From Anthoceros angustus (Eukaryota > Plantae > Anthocerotophyta): DNA of 64,000 bases. A program made the translations under genes and the position numbers. The notes under the pieces are model-generated. The model searched no databases. It had not been told where the DNA came from and worked only from the letters and a program-made list of their open reading frames with translations. This document shows, piece after piece, positions 23,437 through 37,165 of the stretch (position 1 is the stretch's first letter; every line of letters begins with the position of its first letter). The stretch lies in contig MU008179.1 in the NCBI GenBank assembly GCA_010909165.1, positions 992,001 to 1,056,000 of the forward strand, written 5' to 3'.

Positions 23437-23680
23437 CAATTCCTCTTCACCTCTTTCCTGTCTCGTCCATTTTTCATAAGATCTCTAGTCTTCGCATTTA
23501 TGGTAGGAAGTCACTAGGCGTTCTGAGCAAGCTCTAGACCCGCCCAATCCCTCAATTCCTCTTCACCTCTTTCCTGTCTCGTCCATTTTTCATAAGATCT
23601 CTAGTCTTCGTACTATGACTGGGAAGTCACAGCAGGCGTTACGAGCAAGCTCTAGACCCGCCCCACGCCAATCCCTCAAT
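23437..23680. repeat. Tandem duplication with a period of about 116 bp
   Basis: CAATTCCTCTTCACCTCTTTCCTGTCTCGTCCATTTTTCATAAGATCTCTAGTCTTCG at about 23437 and 23553. Confidence 0.9.
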
Positions 23681-24755
23681 TTCCTCCTCCGTTGTCAGCG
23701 GGAGTGCTCAATCACCCTCCTTCCCCCCGATTGCGGAGCAAGCTCTCGACCACCCCTAGGAGCGCTCCAGCACACCACCTCCGTTGATCGGACTTCTCCA
23801 ACCAGCCACAGGCAGTGTGGGGATCTCAACCAGGAATTATCTGATGTGAGGGGCACAACCAAGCCCCTTTATACAATTGCTGGGGCGTCATAGCCACCAG
23901 ACTTTCCAGGTCCTAAAAACGGCTGAACGCGAAGAGGCGCCCCTACAATTTCGGACGTCCTTAGGTCCAGGATGGCATCCTACCTCATCCTATCCAAAGT
24001 TCTATTCCTAGGATGCCACTACTCCCTGCCCATGTGTGGCGCGACTTTCGCTGACGGCCAGCCGGGCGCGCACAATCCCGTGTCATTGTAGCAAGGGGTC
24101 CGTTCCCAAGAGATTGATGGGCTCCGTTTGGCACATTTTCAACCAATTCTCATTCCTACGCAATGACCGCTTCGGACTTAAGCGCGCACGTGCACAATTC
24201 TACGGCTAACCACTCTTAACGTCCACCGAACAGGCCCGGTGTAGCCAAACGTTTAAGGACTCGTTCGCGTCCGTACCCTATCAGTCCGTTCTTGTCCGTC
24301 TAGTTCGCCCTCCTCACCGCTCTCAATACACTCATCGTTCTTGGGAAAGAGTGGGTGGGCTGCGTGGTCCGGACCTCCTCCGTCGTATCGCCGGGCCTCT
24401 CCGTCCGGGCTCTACACACCCTCCCGGAGTCCCCTAGCTCACGCGTTCCGGTCCGTCCGCCGTCGGGCCGCTGCTCCGGAAGAGCAGGGGTCTCTGACCG
24501 TTCGCTCCTACACACACCACCACACGTTAGGGTCCGTCACCAGGACCTTGATTAGTCTCTCCGGAGTTGTCGTGCCTGCTCAGTGACTCAGGACTCACGT
24601 TAGCAAAGACGCACAAGGGTCTACAATGAAACGCGGTATCCACCCCAAGAGAAAGATGCTTTACTAGAGCAGCCCCTGCCCTCTTATACTACGCCCAAGG
24701 TCGGCGTCTTTATTACACTTCTATTCGATGGTAGCCGTACCCTAATCGACGCCTA

Positions 24756-25950
24756 CTATCTTCCCCTTCCGCCTATCTTCGTCGTCGGTGGGCCTGGAGT
24801 GCCCTTGGCTCGCAACCGATGACCCACCGCTCGACAGGGCAAGGCACCCAATCGGATGATCCGCGAGGCGGGGCCCCTTCCCCTTCCCGAGACCCTGTCA
24901 GGTTGGGCTACCGGCGGCGGTCTGACAACCGCGGTAACCACCACATCCTCCTCTCCTGGCCTCCGAGTGGGTCCCCGCCCTGTAGGGCCACCAGGTGACT
25001 GCTCCGCCTGAGCAAGCCGGTGGTGACTCCCTCTCTCCTCCTGAGTCCGGACCTCGGGGTCCGGTCTCGACTCCGGGGTCCGATCTTCAAGGATCGGCCT
25101 TATTTCTGGAGTCCGGACCTCAGGGTCCGGTCTCGTCTCTGGGGTTCGGACCTCGGGGTCCGAACTTATTACCGGGGTCCGGACCTCAAGTCCTGGACTT
25201 CCCGGTTCTTGGACTTCTGGGGGTTTCCCCCCACTCACCGGACCCTCCTCCTGGCCCGGGTCCCTCCGGTCCTCTTCCTCTTCCCCCCTTTCGGGGCCCT
25301 CGTTCCTGTTCTCCCCAAAGGGTTGCGGCTGGCTTACCTCATGCCCCGCCACATCGGCCGCATTCTGCTCCTCCTGGGGCTCCTCTCCTTCGCTGCCGTC
25401 CTCCCCGAACAACGCCACCAAGGCCCCAGTGCTGTCCCCGGGCCCTTCTTCTCCTCCGCCTCCTTCTGATCCCTCCGGAGGTCCGTCCAGTTGTCGTGGG
25501 TGACGCGAAACCTCCAAAGCCTTGAGAAGCTCAGCGTGGTAGTAGGCAAAGTCCGAGTCGACTTGCTGTATTGCCTCTTCCACATGCGCCCGGAGCACCC
25601 GATACTTCCTTCGCCATAGGTGCTCCGGCAGCTGAGCGTGCTGCCCGGCTTGCTGGCCCGTCTCCATCGCCAGGTTCGCTGGGCTTGGAGCATGAGGCCA
25701 CTGTGAGGCCTCCGTCACTTCTTGGCCCACTGTCACCCGCTCGGCCAGCCTCCCTTTGTTTCCGCACCTCAGCTAGCTTTCCTGCCATGGCGCAGTGCTC
25801 CCCCTCCGCCTTCCTCAATTGGACCAAGAGCTTTTTCGCGGCCAGGCCTCGCTCCTCCGTCATCCCGGCCTCAAGCTCCGGCTATCTCCTTCCCAAAGTG
25901 GTCGGCAACTCCGCCCGATTCCTTGCTTCGTCCAGGTCCCTCTCCATTTC
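24756..25950 (-). pseudogene. Coiled-coil plus low-complexity ORF of element H with (DP)EVRTP repeats; frameshifted
   Basis: ORFs 25531-25863 and 24756-25736; charged helical segment followed by acidic/Gly/Pro tail with about 5 EVRTP-like units. Confidence 0.55.
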
Positions 25951-26466
25951 TGCCGTGGGTACGCTGCGACTCCTAAGTTACTTTACCTGGCGTACTCATC
26001 CGTCCGGCTCCGAAGAGTTGGAATTGCTAATGCGGAAGCAGACGCATCAAAGATGATCTATTAACAATTGAATAGGTGGGTACATTGGTAAGCCTTAAAT
26101 AACGGTTACCGAAGGAGTGCGTCCTATTAACTAGCCTGTTAGTTAATTAACTACCAATCATAACTAGGTCTAGTCAGACTAACCAACGTGATACAGAACC
26201 ACGTGGTCTGCCTTATATTCCAACTCTCCCTCTCAGACACGTGCTGGTTGCTGTGAACTTAGAGCTCCTAAGAACAAACGGAGATTACCGTTGTTGACGC
26301 CAAGCTTCAAACATCTCCAAATCGGCTATCACCTAGAGCTGTCCTTCCACTTGGCCGGAAAGGTCTATGGTCTCAGTTGAAGAACACCACTCTTGTGACC
26401 AGAAGAGAAGCATGCTTGCAGCTTCGAAACATCAACCTAAGTGACGGAACAAATGTCATGGAGGTC

Positions 26467-29400
26467 CTACCGGATGAGTGATCCGTCTAGTGTCATGAAA
26501 CTACTACAATCCACCAATCCAAGCCCTTCCCTGTGGAAACAGTGTTTGAACTTAGGCAAGGATTTTGTCAACACATCTGCTGTGTTGTCGTCAGTGGGCA
26601 CATACTGAACCTTGACGATACCCCTCTCTCCAGCATCCCTAATATAATGATGTTGAATTTCTATATGCTTGGTGCGTGCATGAAAGACGGGGTTAGCAAC
26701 CAAAGAAATTGCTGACATGTTGTCACAACGCAAAATAGTTGGCCCCTCTTGCTTCATACCCAAATCTTCACAAAGCTTTCTTTCCCATTCAGCCTCCTTA
26801 GTAGCTTCGGTGAGTGCCTTGTACTCAGACTCTGTTGAAGATAAAGATATGGCAGCTTGTTTTCTACAAGACCAATTAACTACGGTGGAGCCGGCAAGAA
26901 AGCAATATGCTGATATACTCTTACGGGTATCAGCGTCAAAAGCCCAATCTGCGTCTACATAACAAGTAAGGTGCAGACGCTTCTTTCCGCTAGGCTTATA
27001 ACAAAGGCCATAATTGGGTGTACCCTTAAGATACCTCATTATGCGCTTGAGTGCTATCCAGTGATCCTTCCCTGGATTCTCAAAGAACTGTGCAACAGCA
27101 TTCACTTAGTTAGAGATATCGGGTCTTGTCTGATTACTTAAGAACATAAGAGTACCCACTCCCATGCGATAAGGAATATTTTCCATCTCCTTCTTGTCCT
27201 CTTCAGATTGTGGACATGATGCGGACGAGAGCTTGATGCCAAGAGCACCTGGAGTGGTAAACGCCCTAGCATTCTCCATGTTGAAGCGTTTGAGCATACC
27301 GGCCACGTATCTACCCTGATGAAGGTAAATAGCACCTGTACTATCTCTGTGTACATGCATACCAAGGATATACTTAACCTTTCCCAGGTCCTTCATCTTG
27401 AATACCTTGCTGAGGTCAGCCTTGATCTTGTTGACTAGTTCTACGTTATTTCCTGGAATGACTAAGTCATCCACGTAAAGAGCAACTAGCACAAGTGAGC
27501 TATCCTTGCGTAGTACATAGATGTTAGTATCTGCCTCACTTTGGATAAAACCCAGTTGCTTAAGATAGGAATCCATTCTCTCAAACCACACACGTGGGCT
27601 TTGCTTAAGTCCATAGATGGAGCGATTAAGTTTACACACCTTGTGCAATGCCTTATCTTCGTAGTACTCGAGGCTGATCCATGTAGATCTCCTCTTGAAG
27701 ATGTCCATAGAGAAATGCCGTACACACATCTAGCTGATAGATCTCTAAGTTGAGTTCAGCACATAGAGCTAGAAGCATCCTAACTGATGCAGCTTTGACA
27801 ACGGGTGAGTAGACCTTATCGCCTTGATAATCCACTCCCTCTTTCTGACTATACCCCTTAGCCACTAATCTCGCTTTGTAGCGAATGCGTGGCTCAACCT
27901 CCTGGAACTTAGTCTTAAGAACCCATTTGCACTTGACGGTGGTTCTGCCCTTGGGCAAGCTAACCAAAGTCCAAGTATTGTTTTTGATCAATGAGTTATA
28001 CTCATCATCGACGGCCAGTTTCCATTTAGCTGCCTCGGGTCTGGAATAAGCCTCCTGCAAGGTTAAAGGATCTCCCTCTGCTGCAGCAACACTTAAGGCA
28101 AAGAGAGTATCCGAGACACCAACATAGGTCAATCCAGCTTGATTAAACTCAATGTCAAATGGTTGTTCCTTCCAGAGATGCCTAGGCTGTCTCTCACGTG
28201 TAGGATATCTACGCTCGGGAGCAGGCACAGGCCTAGGAGGGGATGGAGGAGTGATCAAACCTAGATCAACATGTTCAACGGCACCTGTTGCTATGGATCT
28301 TCGCTGCTCGTGGTTTATCTCCACTTCCCCCTCTCGGCAGAGGGTGCACCCTGGCTGCATGGGTGAAGCAGGACCAACAACCGTGATTGAATCTGCTGGA
28401 GGAGAGGAGCCACGGAGGCAGGAAAAAGAGCGGAAACGAGAAGGCGTAACAAGGTGATCAATAGAAATCACCGACGAGGGAGGCCGAGCCGGAAGGAGCA
28501 CCGTGAAGGACGTCGAGGAAGACTTCAATGACATTACAAGAGGCACTATCTTGGCCTCATCAAAGGTGACAAGGGCATAGATTGGAGTCCGAGTAGCAAG
28601 TCCACAAGCTTGTAGGCTTTGCGATCGTCACCATAGCCCACAAACACCAGCTTCCGAGCACGAGGATCAAGCTTGTCACGGTGCTGCTGGGGGACAAGAG
28701 CATAGGCAGGGTAACCAAAAACACGAAGATGTGAAATTAAAGGCTTGCTTCCGTGCCAACACTCGAATGGCGTACGGCTTGAAACCGACTTGGTAAGAAC
28801 TCTATTTTTAATGTATGCCGCAGTAGACACATCCTCAGCCCATAAGGACTTGGGCAACTGAGACTGGGTGAGCATGGCACGGGCCATGGACATCAAATCG
28901 CCGTTAGCCTTCTCGGCCACGCCATTCTGCTCAGAGGTGTAAGGCACGGTGAACTGCCTTAAGATGCCGCGCTCCTCACAAAAATCATGAAACTGATGGT
29001 TGTTGAGTTCCCCCGCATTGTCGGATCGGATACAGCGGAGTTTACGGCCAGTCTGTAACTCAGCCATAGCAACAAAGGGAGAGAACACACTAAACGAGTC
29101 ACTCTTAAGACGGATTGGAAACGCAAACGTATATCGACTGAAGTCATCAACAACGGTCATAAAATGGTTGGCTCCGCCTAAAGACACAACAGGGAGAGGG
29201 CCACATAGATCTATGTGGACCAGATCAAGGGGTGCCGTAGAACGACTAGCAGGAAGAGAGGGATAAGGAGAACTTCTCTGTTTTGCAAGCACACAGGCCT
29301 CGCAGAGAGGCTGGGTCGAGGAAATCCTTGGAAGCTTATCTCTATACAGATCCTGCTGAGAGGTGGCAAGCAGCCGGGCATGATGGAGATGCCCAAGCCG

Positions 29401-29511
29401 GCAATGCCAAGGAGGCGTCACCGAGGTGTGACCTCCTTTGAGGTGGGCTTCGTGAGAAGGGACCACTGTGAGGAGCCACGAAACACGGCTGGCTGAATAC
29501 ATACAAGTCAT
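26467..29511 (-). pseudogene. copia-2 pol: integrase, RT, RNase H
   Basis: IN LDLVHIDLCGP, SDNAGEL, PYTSEQNGVAE (28546-29511); RT YKARLVAKGYSQKEGVDY, LYVDDL (27106-28100); RH YVDADWA, RTKHIEIQHHYIRD (26467-27105). Confidence 0.93.
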
Positions 29512-30477
29512 GATGGGGCGACCTCTGCAACGATATCGATCAAGTCATCAACAACGGTCATAAAATGGTTGGCTCGCCTAAAGACACAACGAGGAGAGGG
29601 CCACATAGATCTATGTGGACGGATCAAGGGTGCCAGCGACTAGCGGAAGAGAGGGATAAGGAGAACTTCTCATTTGCAAGCACACTCAGGAGGCGGGTCG
29701 AGGAAATCCTTGGAAGCTTATCTCTGCTCTCAGATCCTGTGAGAGGTGGCAAGGGCATGATGGAGATGCCCAAGCACAATGCCAAGGAGGCGTCACCGAG
29801 GTGTGACCTCCTTTGAGGTGGGCTTCGTGAGAAGGGACCACCAGGCTACAGGAAACACGGCTGGCTGTGAATACATACAAGTCATGATGGGGCGACCTGC
29901 AGCAGCGATAACACGAGGTTAGAAGACCGATATAACAAGCGATCTCAAAGCCGAACTCAAGGCGGAAGGAGCCGTCCACAAGTTGTCGAAGAGATGAGGT
30001 TCTTGGCCATCCGGGGAACATGTAAAAGCGTTAGATAGATACATGAAGGATCCGGCGAGTGAAGGCAGGAACCACTCCCAATCGAGACCGAGTCATCGCC
30101 AAAGACGGCCTGGCCGAGGTGGTCGAGCCTCGTCTTGTGTGAACATGGTCTTGTGACTACGATATCTTGGGGCGGAGTCTATCGACCATGAAGTTTGTAC
30201 TCGAGGCCACATAGATCTATGTGGACCGATCAAGCTGAGAACGACTAGCGGAAGAGAGGATAAGGAGAACTTTGAAGCACATGTGCCTGCAGAGAGGCGG
30301 GTCGAGGAAATCCTTGGAAGCTTATCTCTATGGCTGATCCTGAGAGGTGGCAAGGCATGATGGAGATGCCCAAAGAATGCCAAAGGAGAGCGTCACCGAG
30401 GTGTGACCTCCTTTGAGGCTGGGCTTCGTGAGAAGGGACCACCAGGGAGGCTGCTGCCGGAAACACGGGCTGGCCTG

Positions 30478-33400
30478 TGAATACATACAAGTCATGACGG
30501 GGACGACCTCTGGCAACGATAACACGAGGGTTAGAAGACCGATATAACAAGCAGTCTCCAAAGCCGAACTCGAGGCGGAAGGAGCCGTCCCGCACAAGTT
30601 GTCGAACGGAGATGAGGTTCTTGGCCATCTGGGGAACATGTAAAACGTTAGATAGATACATGAAGGATCTGTTGGCCAGAGTGAAGGCAACGGAACCACT
30701 CCCCGCAATCGAGAGACCAGAGTCATCGCCGGCAAAGCGTACCGGGTGGTCACCCGTCTGTGTGAACATGGTCTTGTGACAGATATACCGACGCTGAGTC
30801 TATCACCATGAAGTTGTACTAGGCCACAAGACAAACAAAGGAGAGCAATCCCAGTTGAAAAGAGTTCTTGGCCTTAGGCGAGAACGTTAGCTGCTCGAGG
30901 CCCGCTTGGCCTCACCAGCTTGTTTCTTCCTGCACTCCCGTTCCCAATGATCCGTGTCCATTACACCGCCACGCCTTGCCGTTTTGATGTCTTCGACGAG
31001 GAAGCTGCCGAGGAAGCAGGCTTGTCTAAGCCTTGGGAATTGTTCCTACGGTTGTTTTTATTAGAATTCTTACGCTGTGGTGGACGTCCTTTAGCGACGA
31101 ACATGACCCGGTCTCCTCCATGTTTTGAAGTCCCGACGTTGAACCTGGCAGACTCCTCTTGAAGGAGAGCTCCATCTCTCGACACGGTAATGTTGGGCAC
31201 CTGGCCCGACTTCACAGTGGAGCATTTCTCACTCGATTTTGTGAGGAGACAAAGGTCGGTAGCTAGCCGGAAGGCTAGCAGTAACAACAAAGAACAAATT
31301 CTGATGGTAGTCCCAGCGCAAGTCGTTTCGCAAATACCGAAACTTGCTAATATGGTGAGCAACACTATCGTTAGGCCCCATATGCAAAGAATAAAATTCT
31401 AAGCGTACTGTAACCAACGTCATAACATTGGTTGATTGATAGATGTCGGTTATTTGCTTCCACGCTTCAGCAGAAGTGGACGCGCCATCCATGTGGTGTA
31501 AGGTCACCTCGTCAAGACCAGACACAAGCATCTGCATGGCCTGTCTATCACCAAACCGTCAATGGCTGGTTGGGGACGAGGAGGGCCGACCTTCCACTAT
31601 GGGAGTAAATCCCTCGTATTCATCGCTGTCTTCATGCGCTTGGACCACACCTTGAACTTAGTGCCGTTGAACCTGTCCTTCTCCTTGAAGTCAGTATTGA
31701 CGTTCACGATGTTGAAGTACGGCAATGAAGGCCCAGGTGTCGTAGTAGAAATCGGTGGTGGTCCGATGGGTGCACCCTGTGGTGGTGGAGTGGGTGATGG
31801 AGGTCGTGAGGGCGACACCGGAGAGCCATACATGCCCGCCATCTCAAGAGCACTCAAACCGAACGCGTGAGCCGACGAATGGTTATGACAAGGCGCCGAG
31901 AGCACGAGTTAGAATTTAAAGCACGATATTCTTTAAAGATTGGCGGCAATGTTACCCCACTCCGTCAAGCCAGCACTCCACGCACTAATTACACCAGCTC
32001 GGATCGCGGATCGGCTTGCAAACTTGGAGTTGCTGAATTTTCCGAGTGCGAACACGAGCGCTAGATCCACCAAGAATCTTGTTGTCTTATGCAAGCTGAT
32101 CCCACAAGGCGTAGCATGAGCCAAAGGGAAAAGGATCGGCGGTGGTGAACTTGGCTCAATCTTCAGGGGAGGATGTGTCTCGAAATCACTTGGGAAATAT
32201 GAATCATCGCCAAGAAGAACTGAAGAAATTGTCGGAAATCCTGGTGGTGTGATGGAAATTCCAGGATACGGCTGCAAATGTGAAACGGCACAAGTAAGAA
32301 CCGGTTCGGAACCGGTGCCAACATCGGCCGCGTTCACACCGGTTCGGGGGTATAATGACCCCCCCCCACCTCGAAACGACAACTTAAGTTGTCGTTTCGC
32401 GGTGGTGGGCGCGACGCCCTCCCGGCAAGCGCCACGGGCGGCTGCGCTCGCGGCAGCGATGGCGGCGGCCGCGCTCCTCGTTGAGCGCTGCGCCTCGCGC
32501 TTCGCGATGGGTCTTGGCGGTGGTGCGCCCCAGTCTTCCCCGCACAAAAATCGGTGGATTTTGAGCTCTGTCGAGAAGATTTGCCCTGCACACGGACTCA
32601 AATCCATCGCAATCCGGTCTAATCGACAAATCCATCTCTTGGGTTAGAAGATAACATTATCAAGTACTCCTCGTGAATACATACAAGTCATGATGGGACG
32701 ACCTGCAACGATAACACGAGGTTAGAAGACCGATATAACAAGCGCTCAAAGCCGAACTCAAGGCGGAAGGAGCCGCCCGCGACAAGTTGTCGAAGAGATG
32801 AGGTTCTTGGCCATCCGGGGAACATGTAAAACGTTAGATAGATACATGAAGGATCTGGCCAGAGTGAAGGCAACGGAACCACTCCCCGCAATCGAGAGAC
32901 CAGAGTCATCGCCGGCAAAGCGTACCGGGTGGTCACCCGTCTGTGTGAACATGGTCTTGTGACAGATATACCGACGCTGAGTCTATCACCATGAAGTTGT
33001 ACTAGGCCACAAGACAAACAAAGGAGAGCAATCCCAGTTGAAAAGAGTTCTTGGCCTTAGGCGAGAACGTTAGCTGCTCGAGGCCCGCTTGGCCTCACCA
33101 GCTTGTTTCTTCCCCGCACTCGCTTCCCAATGATCCGTGTCCATTACACCGCCACGCCTTGCCGCTTTGATGTCTTCGACGAGGAAGTCGCCGAGGAAGC
33201 TGTGCTTGTCTAAGCCTTGGGAATTGTTCCTACGGTTGTTTTATTAGAATTCTTACTGTGGTGGATGTCCTTTAGCGAACATGACCCGGTCTCCTCCATG
33301 TTTTGAAGTCCCGACGTTGAACCCGGGCAGACTCCTCTTGAAGGAGAGCTCCATCTCTCGACACGGTAATGTTGGGCACCTGGCCCGACTTCACAGCTTG

Positions 33401-34863
33401 GTGAGCATTTCTCACTGTCTGATTTTGTGAGGAGACAAAGGTCTGGTAGCTAGCCGGAAGGCTAGCAGTAACAACAAAGAACAAATTCTGATGGTAGTCC
33501 CAGCGCAAGTCGTTTCGCAAATACCGAAACTTGCTAATATGGTGAGCAACACTATCGTTAGGTCCCATACGCAAAGAATAAAATTCCAAGCGTACTGTAA
33601 CCAACGTCATAACATTGGTTGATTGATAGATGTCGGTAATTTGCTTCCACGCTTCAGCAGAAGTGGACGCGCCATCCGTGTGGTGTAAGGTCACCTCATC
33701 AAGACCAGACACAAGCATCTGCATGGCCTGTCTATCCTGCCAAACCCAACCGTCAATGGCTGGTTGGGGACCGGAGGGCTGAGGGACGGTACCTTCCACT
33801 ATGGGGAGTAAATCCCTCGTATTCAGCGCTGTCTTCATGCGCTTGGACCACACCTTGAACTTAGTGCCGTTGAACCTGTCCTTCTCCTTGAAGTCAGTAT
33901 TGACGTTCACGATGTTGAAGTACGGCAATGAAGGCCCAGGTGTCGTAGTAGAAATCGGTGGTGGTCCGATGGGTGCACCCTGTGGTGGTGGAGTGGGTGA
34001 TGGAGGTCGTGAGGGCGACACGGAGAGCCATACATGCCCGCCATCTCAAGAGCACTCAAACCGAACGCGTGAGCCGACGAATTGTTATGATAAGGCGCCG
34101 AGATCACGAGTTAGAATTTAAAGCACGATATTCTTTAAAGATTGGCGCAATGTTACCCCACAAGCCAAGACTCCACGCACTAATTACACCCGATCTCGGC
34201 ATCGAAGCTTGCAAACTTGGAGTTGCTGAATTTTCCAGGGTGCGAACACGAGCAGTAAGATCCACCAAGAATCTTGTTGTCTTCGCAAGCTGATCCCACA
34301 AGGCCGTAGCATGAGCCAAAGGAACCGAAAACGAAGGATCTGACGGTGGTGAACTTGGCTCAATCTTCAGGGGAGGATGTGTCTCGAAATCACTTGGGAA
34401 ATATGAATCGCCAAGAAGAATCAAGAAATTGTCAAATCTGGTGGTGTGATGGAAATTCCGTGATACTTACCGCAATGTGAAACGGCACAAGTAAGAACCG
34501 GTTCGGAACCGGTGCCAACATCGGCCGCTGCTCACAGTTCGGGGTATATCGATCATCGAAACGACAACTTAAGTTGTCGCTCGGTATGCGGGCTGGTCAG
34601 CTTCACAAGGGGCTTACACAGGCGCGCCTGGCGTCGCCCAACGCGGCGATGGCGGCGGCCTCCTCATTGAGCTCGCAGCCGCCTCATGCGATGGCTTGGC
34701 GGTGGTGCGCCCAAGTCTTCCCCGCACAAAAATCGGTGGATTTTGAGCTCGTCGAGAAGATTTGCCCGCCTCGCAGCACTCAAATCCATCGCAATCGATC
34801 CAATCGACAAATCCTCGCCCCATCGGGTTAGAGAAGATAACATTATCAAGTATACGCTCCTCG
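30478..34863 (-). repeat. Tandem duplication of about 2.19 kb of leader end, gag and protease in copia-2
   Basis: Units 30478-32672 and 32673-34863. Both contain MAGMYGSP.. (ATG 31842 and 34044), TDFKEKDRFNGTKF and the VIDSAS protease motif. Confidence 0.9.
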
Positions 34864-37165
34864 AAGTGGCAAGAGGCTCCGAGACGCCCCGGGGACGAGA
34901 TCGGCTTCAGAAAAGCCGTGTTGGAAAGAGTTTGCTTTTGGGCTGGATGTGGTGCATGTGCATACGGATGACCACTTGGATGAATCCTGGCCGGCAAGGA
35001 TCGTAGGAGATCCTCTCCAAGATTTTGCGCTGCAGACTGCACCCACCTTGGAGCAGAATGCAGCCCGTAGATGCTGCGATGGGCAGAAGGGAATGGCCGA
35101 TTCTGCCGCGAATTTTGATGATTATTGGAGTGCCTTGGGCGGCGTCCAGGATGACGAGTCCTTGCCATCGCTTGCGCTAAGAAATCCAGGCTGGTCAGAA
35201 GGGCAGAGGGTGAGGAGAGGCCGTGTGCCTCTCCACGGGTTTCTGTTGTTCATCTTATACTTTAGAACCGCTCATATCCCAAAGGCTTCAAATGGCAAGC
35301 GTGCTCAGAAGTAAGAGTGGTGAATATCCCGTCCGGCAAAAGAACTCTACAGTTAAGCGCCCTTGGGTCCGATAAGCGCTGAGATGGAAGACCTATCATG
35401 GTATTTATTTTTGACGTTTCTAAATTAGAACTTCCTGTTCTAAAACCAGAATGCATAGATCAACTTACAACACTAATCCAAATCTGTTGTATGCAGATTT
35501 TATTAGGGAGAATCTTCTGCTAAGCATTCTAGCGGTAGCAACAACCTCCTTATCAGATTGATCAAGGGATTTGCTACCTTGGAAGCCATGAATCTACATT
35601 GGCTCTGATACCAAGTTGGAATTGCTAATGCGGAAGCAGACGCATCAAAGATGATCTATTAACAATTGAATAGGTGGGTACATTGGTAGGCCTTAAATAG
35701 CGGTTACCAAGGTGCGTCCTATTAACTAACTGTTAGTTAATTAACTACCAATCATAACTAGGTCTAGTCAGACTAACCAACGTGATACAGAACCACGTGG
35801 TCTGCCTTATATTCCAACTCGGAGTGTAGTCCGGACTTACCCGACACTCCGAGGCGGTCCGGTGTGGTAAGTGACCCGGGGCTTCCGAGATTCACCCCTC
35901 AGAGCGCCCACACTTATCCCACTGCCGCTTAATTGGGTTTCGTCCCATGAGATCTTGGTTGTGATGTGAAGGTTCAACCCATGCACACATTTATTTACAA
36001 CCACCCAGCCCCCTCAACAAGCAAGGCATCATCCTACTTCCCCTCAACAGCAGCTACACTACTTGCACTGCTTCGAAAATTCACCAATTCCTGGCCTACA
36101 ACGACACGACACTATCGTAGGCCATGCCTCAGCAAGCGTGGAATCACCGTGGGCACCCAGGGACCCCCTGATCCGCACCGCAATGTTATCCTCCCCGCTG
36201 GGGCTAGCTCCCCTTACCACTGGAGCACGCTTCGCCCGCGTGATTTGGGACACCTCCTTAGGCTCGCCTTGGGCCTCGGCTATGATCTACACGCTAAGTC
36301 CCTCCTCAATATTCGCCTCTACCATCATCAACGCTTTTCTTAGCCCTACACACCTACTTACTCTCCTTCCATGACCTCCTACTCTAATACCACACTCTAG
36401 CTTATTGTTTCCAACTCGCCCTTACGCACAACCGCCTGGGTCCGTCTCTGAAACAAGTTTTTCCTTGGGCGGTTCTTTGTGTAGTTTACACGACGAGAAC
36501 CTCCAGGGAGTCTTTCCCTGCAGTCTACCCTCAAGCCGAGAGTTCCTTGAGCATCGCCACACACTCAAAGCAAAGCAATTCACACAGCAACCATTCACAA
36601 GGGGAGCAGCTCGCAGAGACACTTGCAGGGAGCAAGCCCTCCGCCAAGCACTCCGACCGTCGCAAACTCCCTCTCTACCAGACGCTACGTTAGCTTGCAG
36701 CCGGCACGAACTTCCTTCACAAGGAGCAAAGGACTCGCGAGGTAGGGAGCGCAAGACACGATAATTTTACTTCACAAGCTCCCTCCTTTTATAGGGAGGT
36801 CCTCACATCTGACCTCCCACAGCGCGCCCTCCGCCAAGCACTCCGGCCATGCCTCACTCCTTATTCTAGTGTATCCTATTGTCGACTTTAAGTTCGACAT
36901 CCAAGCATCTTGGGTGAAATTATTCTAGCAAATTCTACCTATGTGAGCCTTAATGGCTCTGTCAACATTCCTATCCAGCTAGTCAACACACCCTCTGGGT
37001 TGACAAGCATTAATACTGTCCTCCCTAAAGAAAAGTCTTCCCCTAAGCAATGAGCCCACGCCCAAGCTACCACCACCCTCTTCAATTACCTCTAGATGCC
37101 GTCGCACGGTGATCCTACGGATGTAGGGCCACCCTCTACACCTCCTACGGACGTAGGGTCACTTC

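Larger units (their letters stand above)
26016..35819 (-). mobile_element. Ty1/copia element (copia-2) with internal duplications and AG...CT LTR ends
   Basis: LTRs 26016-26225 and 35614-35819. PBS TGGTATCAGAGC at 35613-35602 directly abuts the 5' LTR; PPT GAGAGGGAG abuts the 3' LTR. TSD CGAAG/CGGAG (4/5). Confidence 0.92.

Noticed and set aside
24995-25525. Plus-strand Pro/Gly-rich ORFs, and the similar one at 53035-53592
   Set aside because: Antisense of GC-rich repetitive coding sequence.
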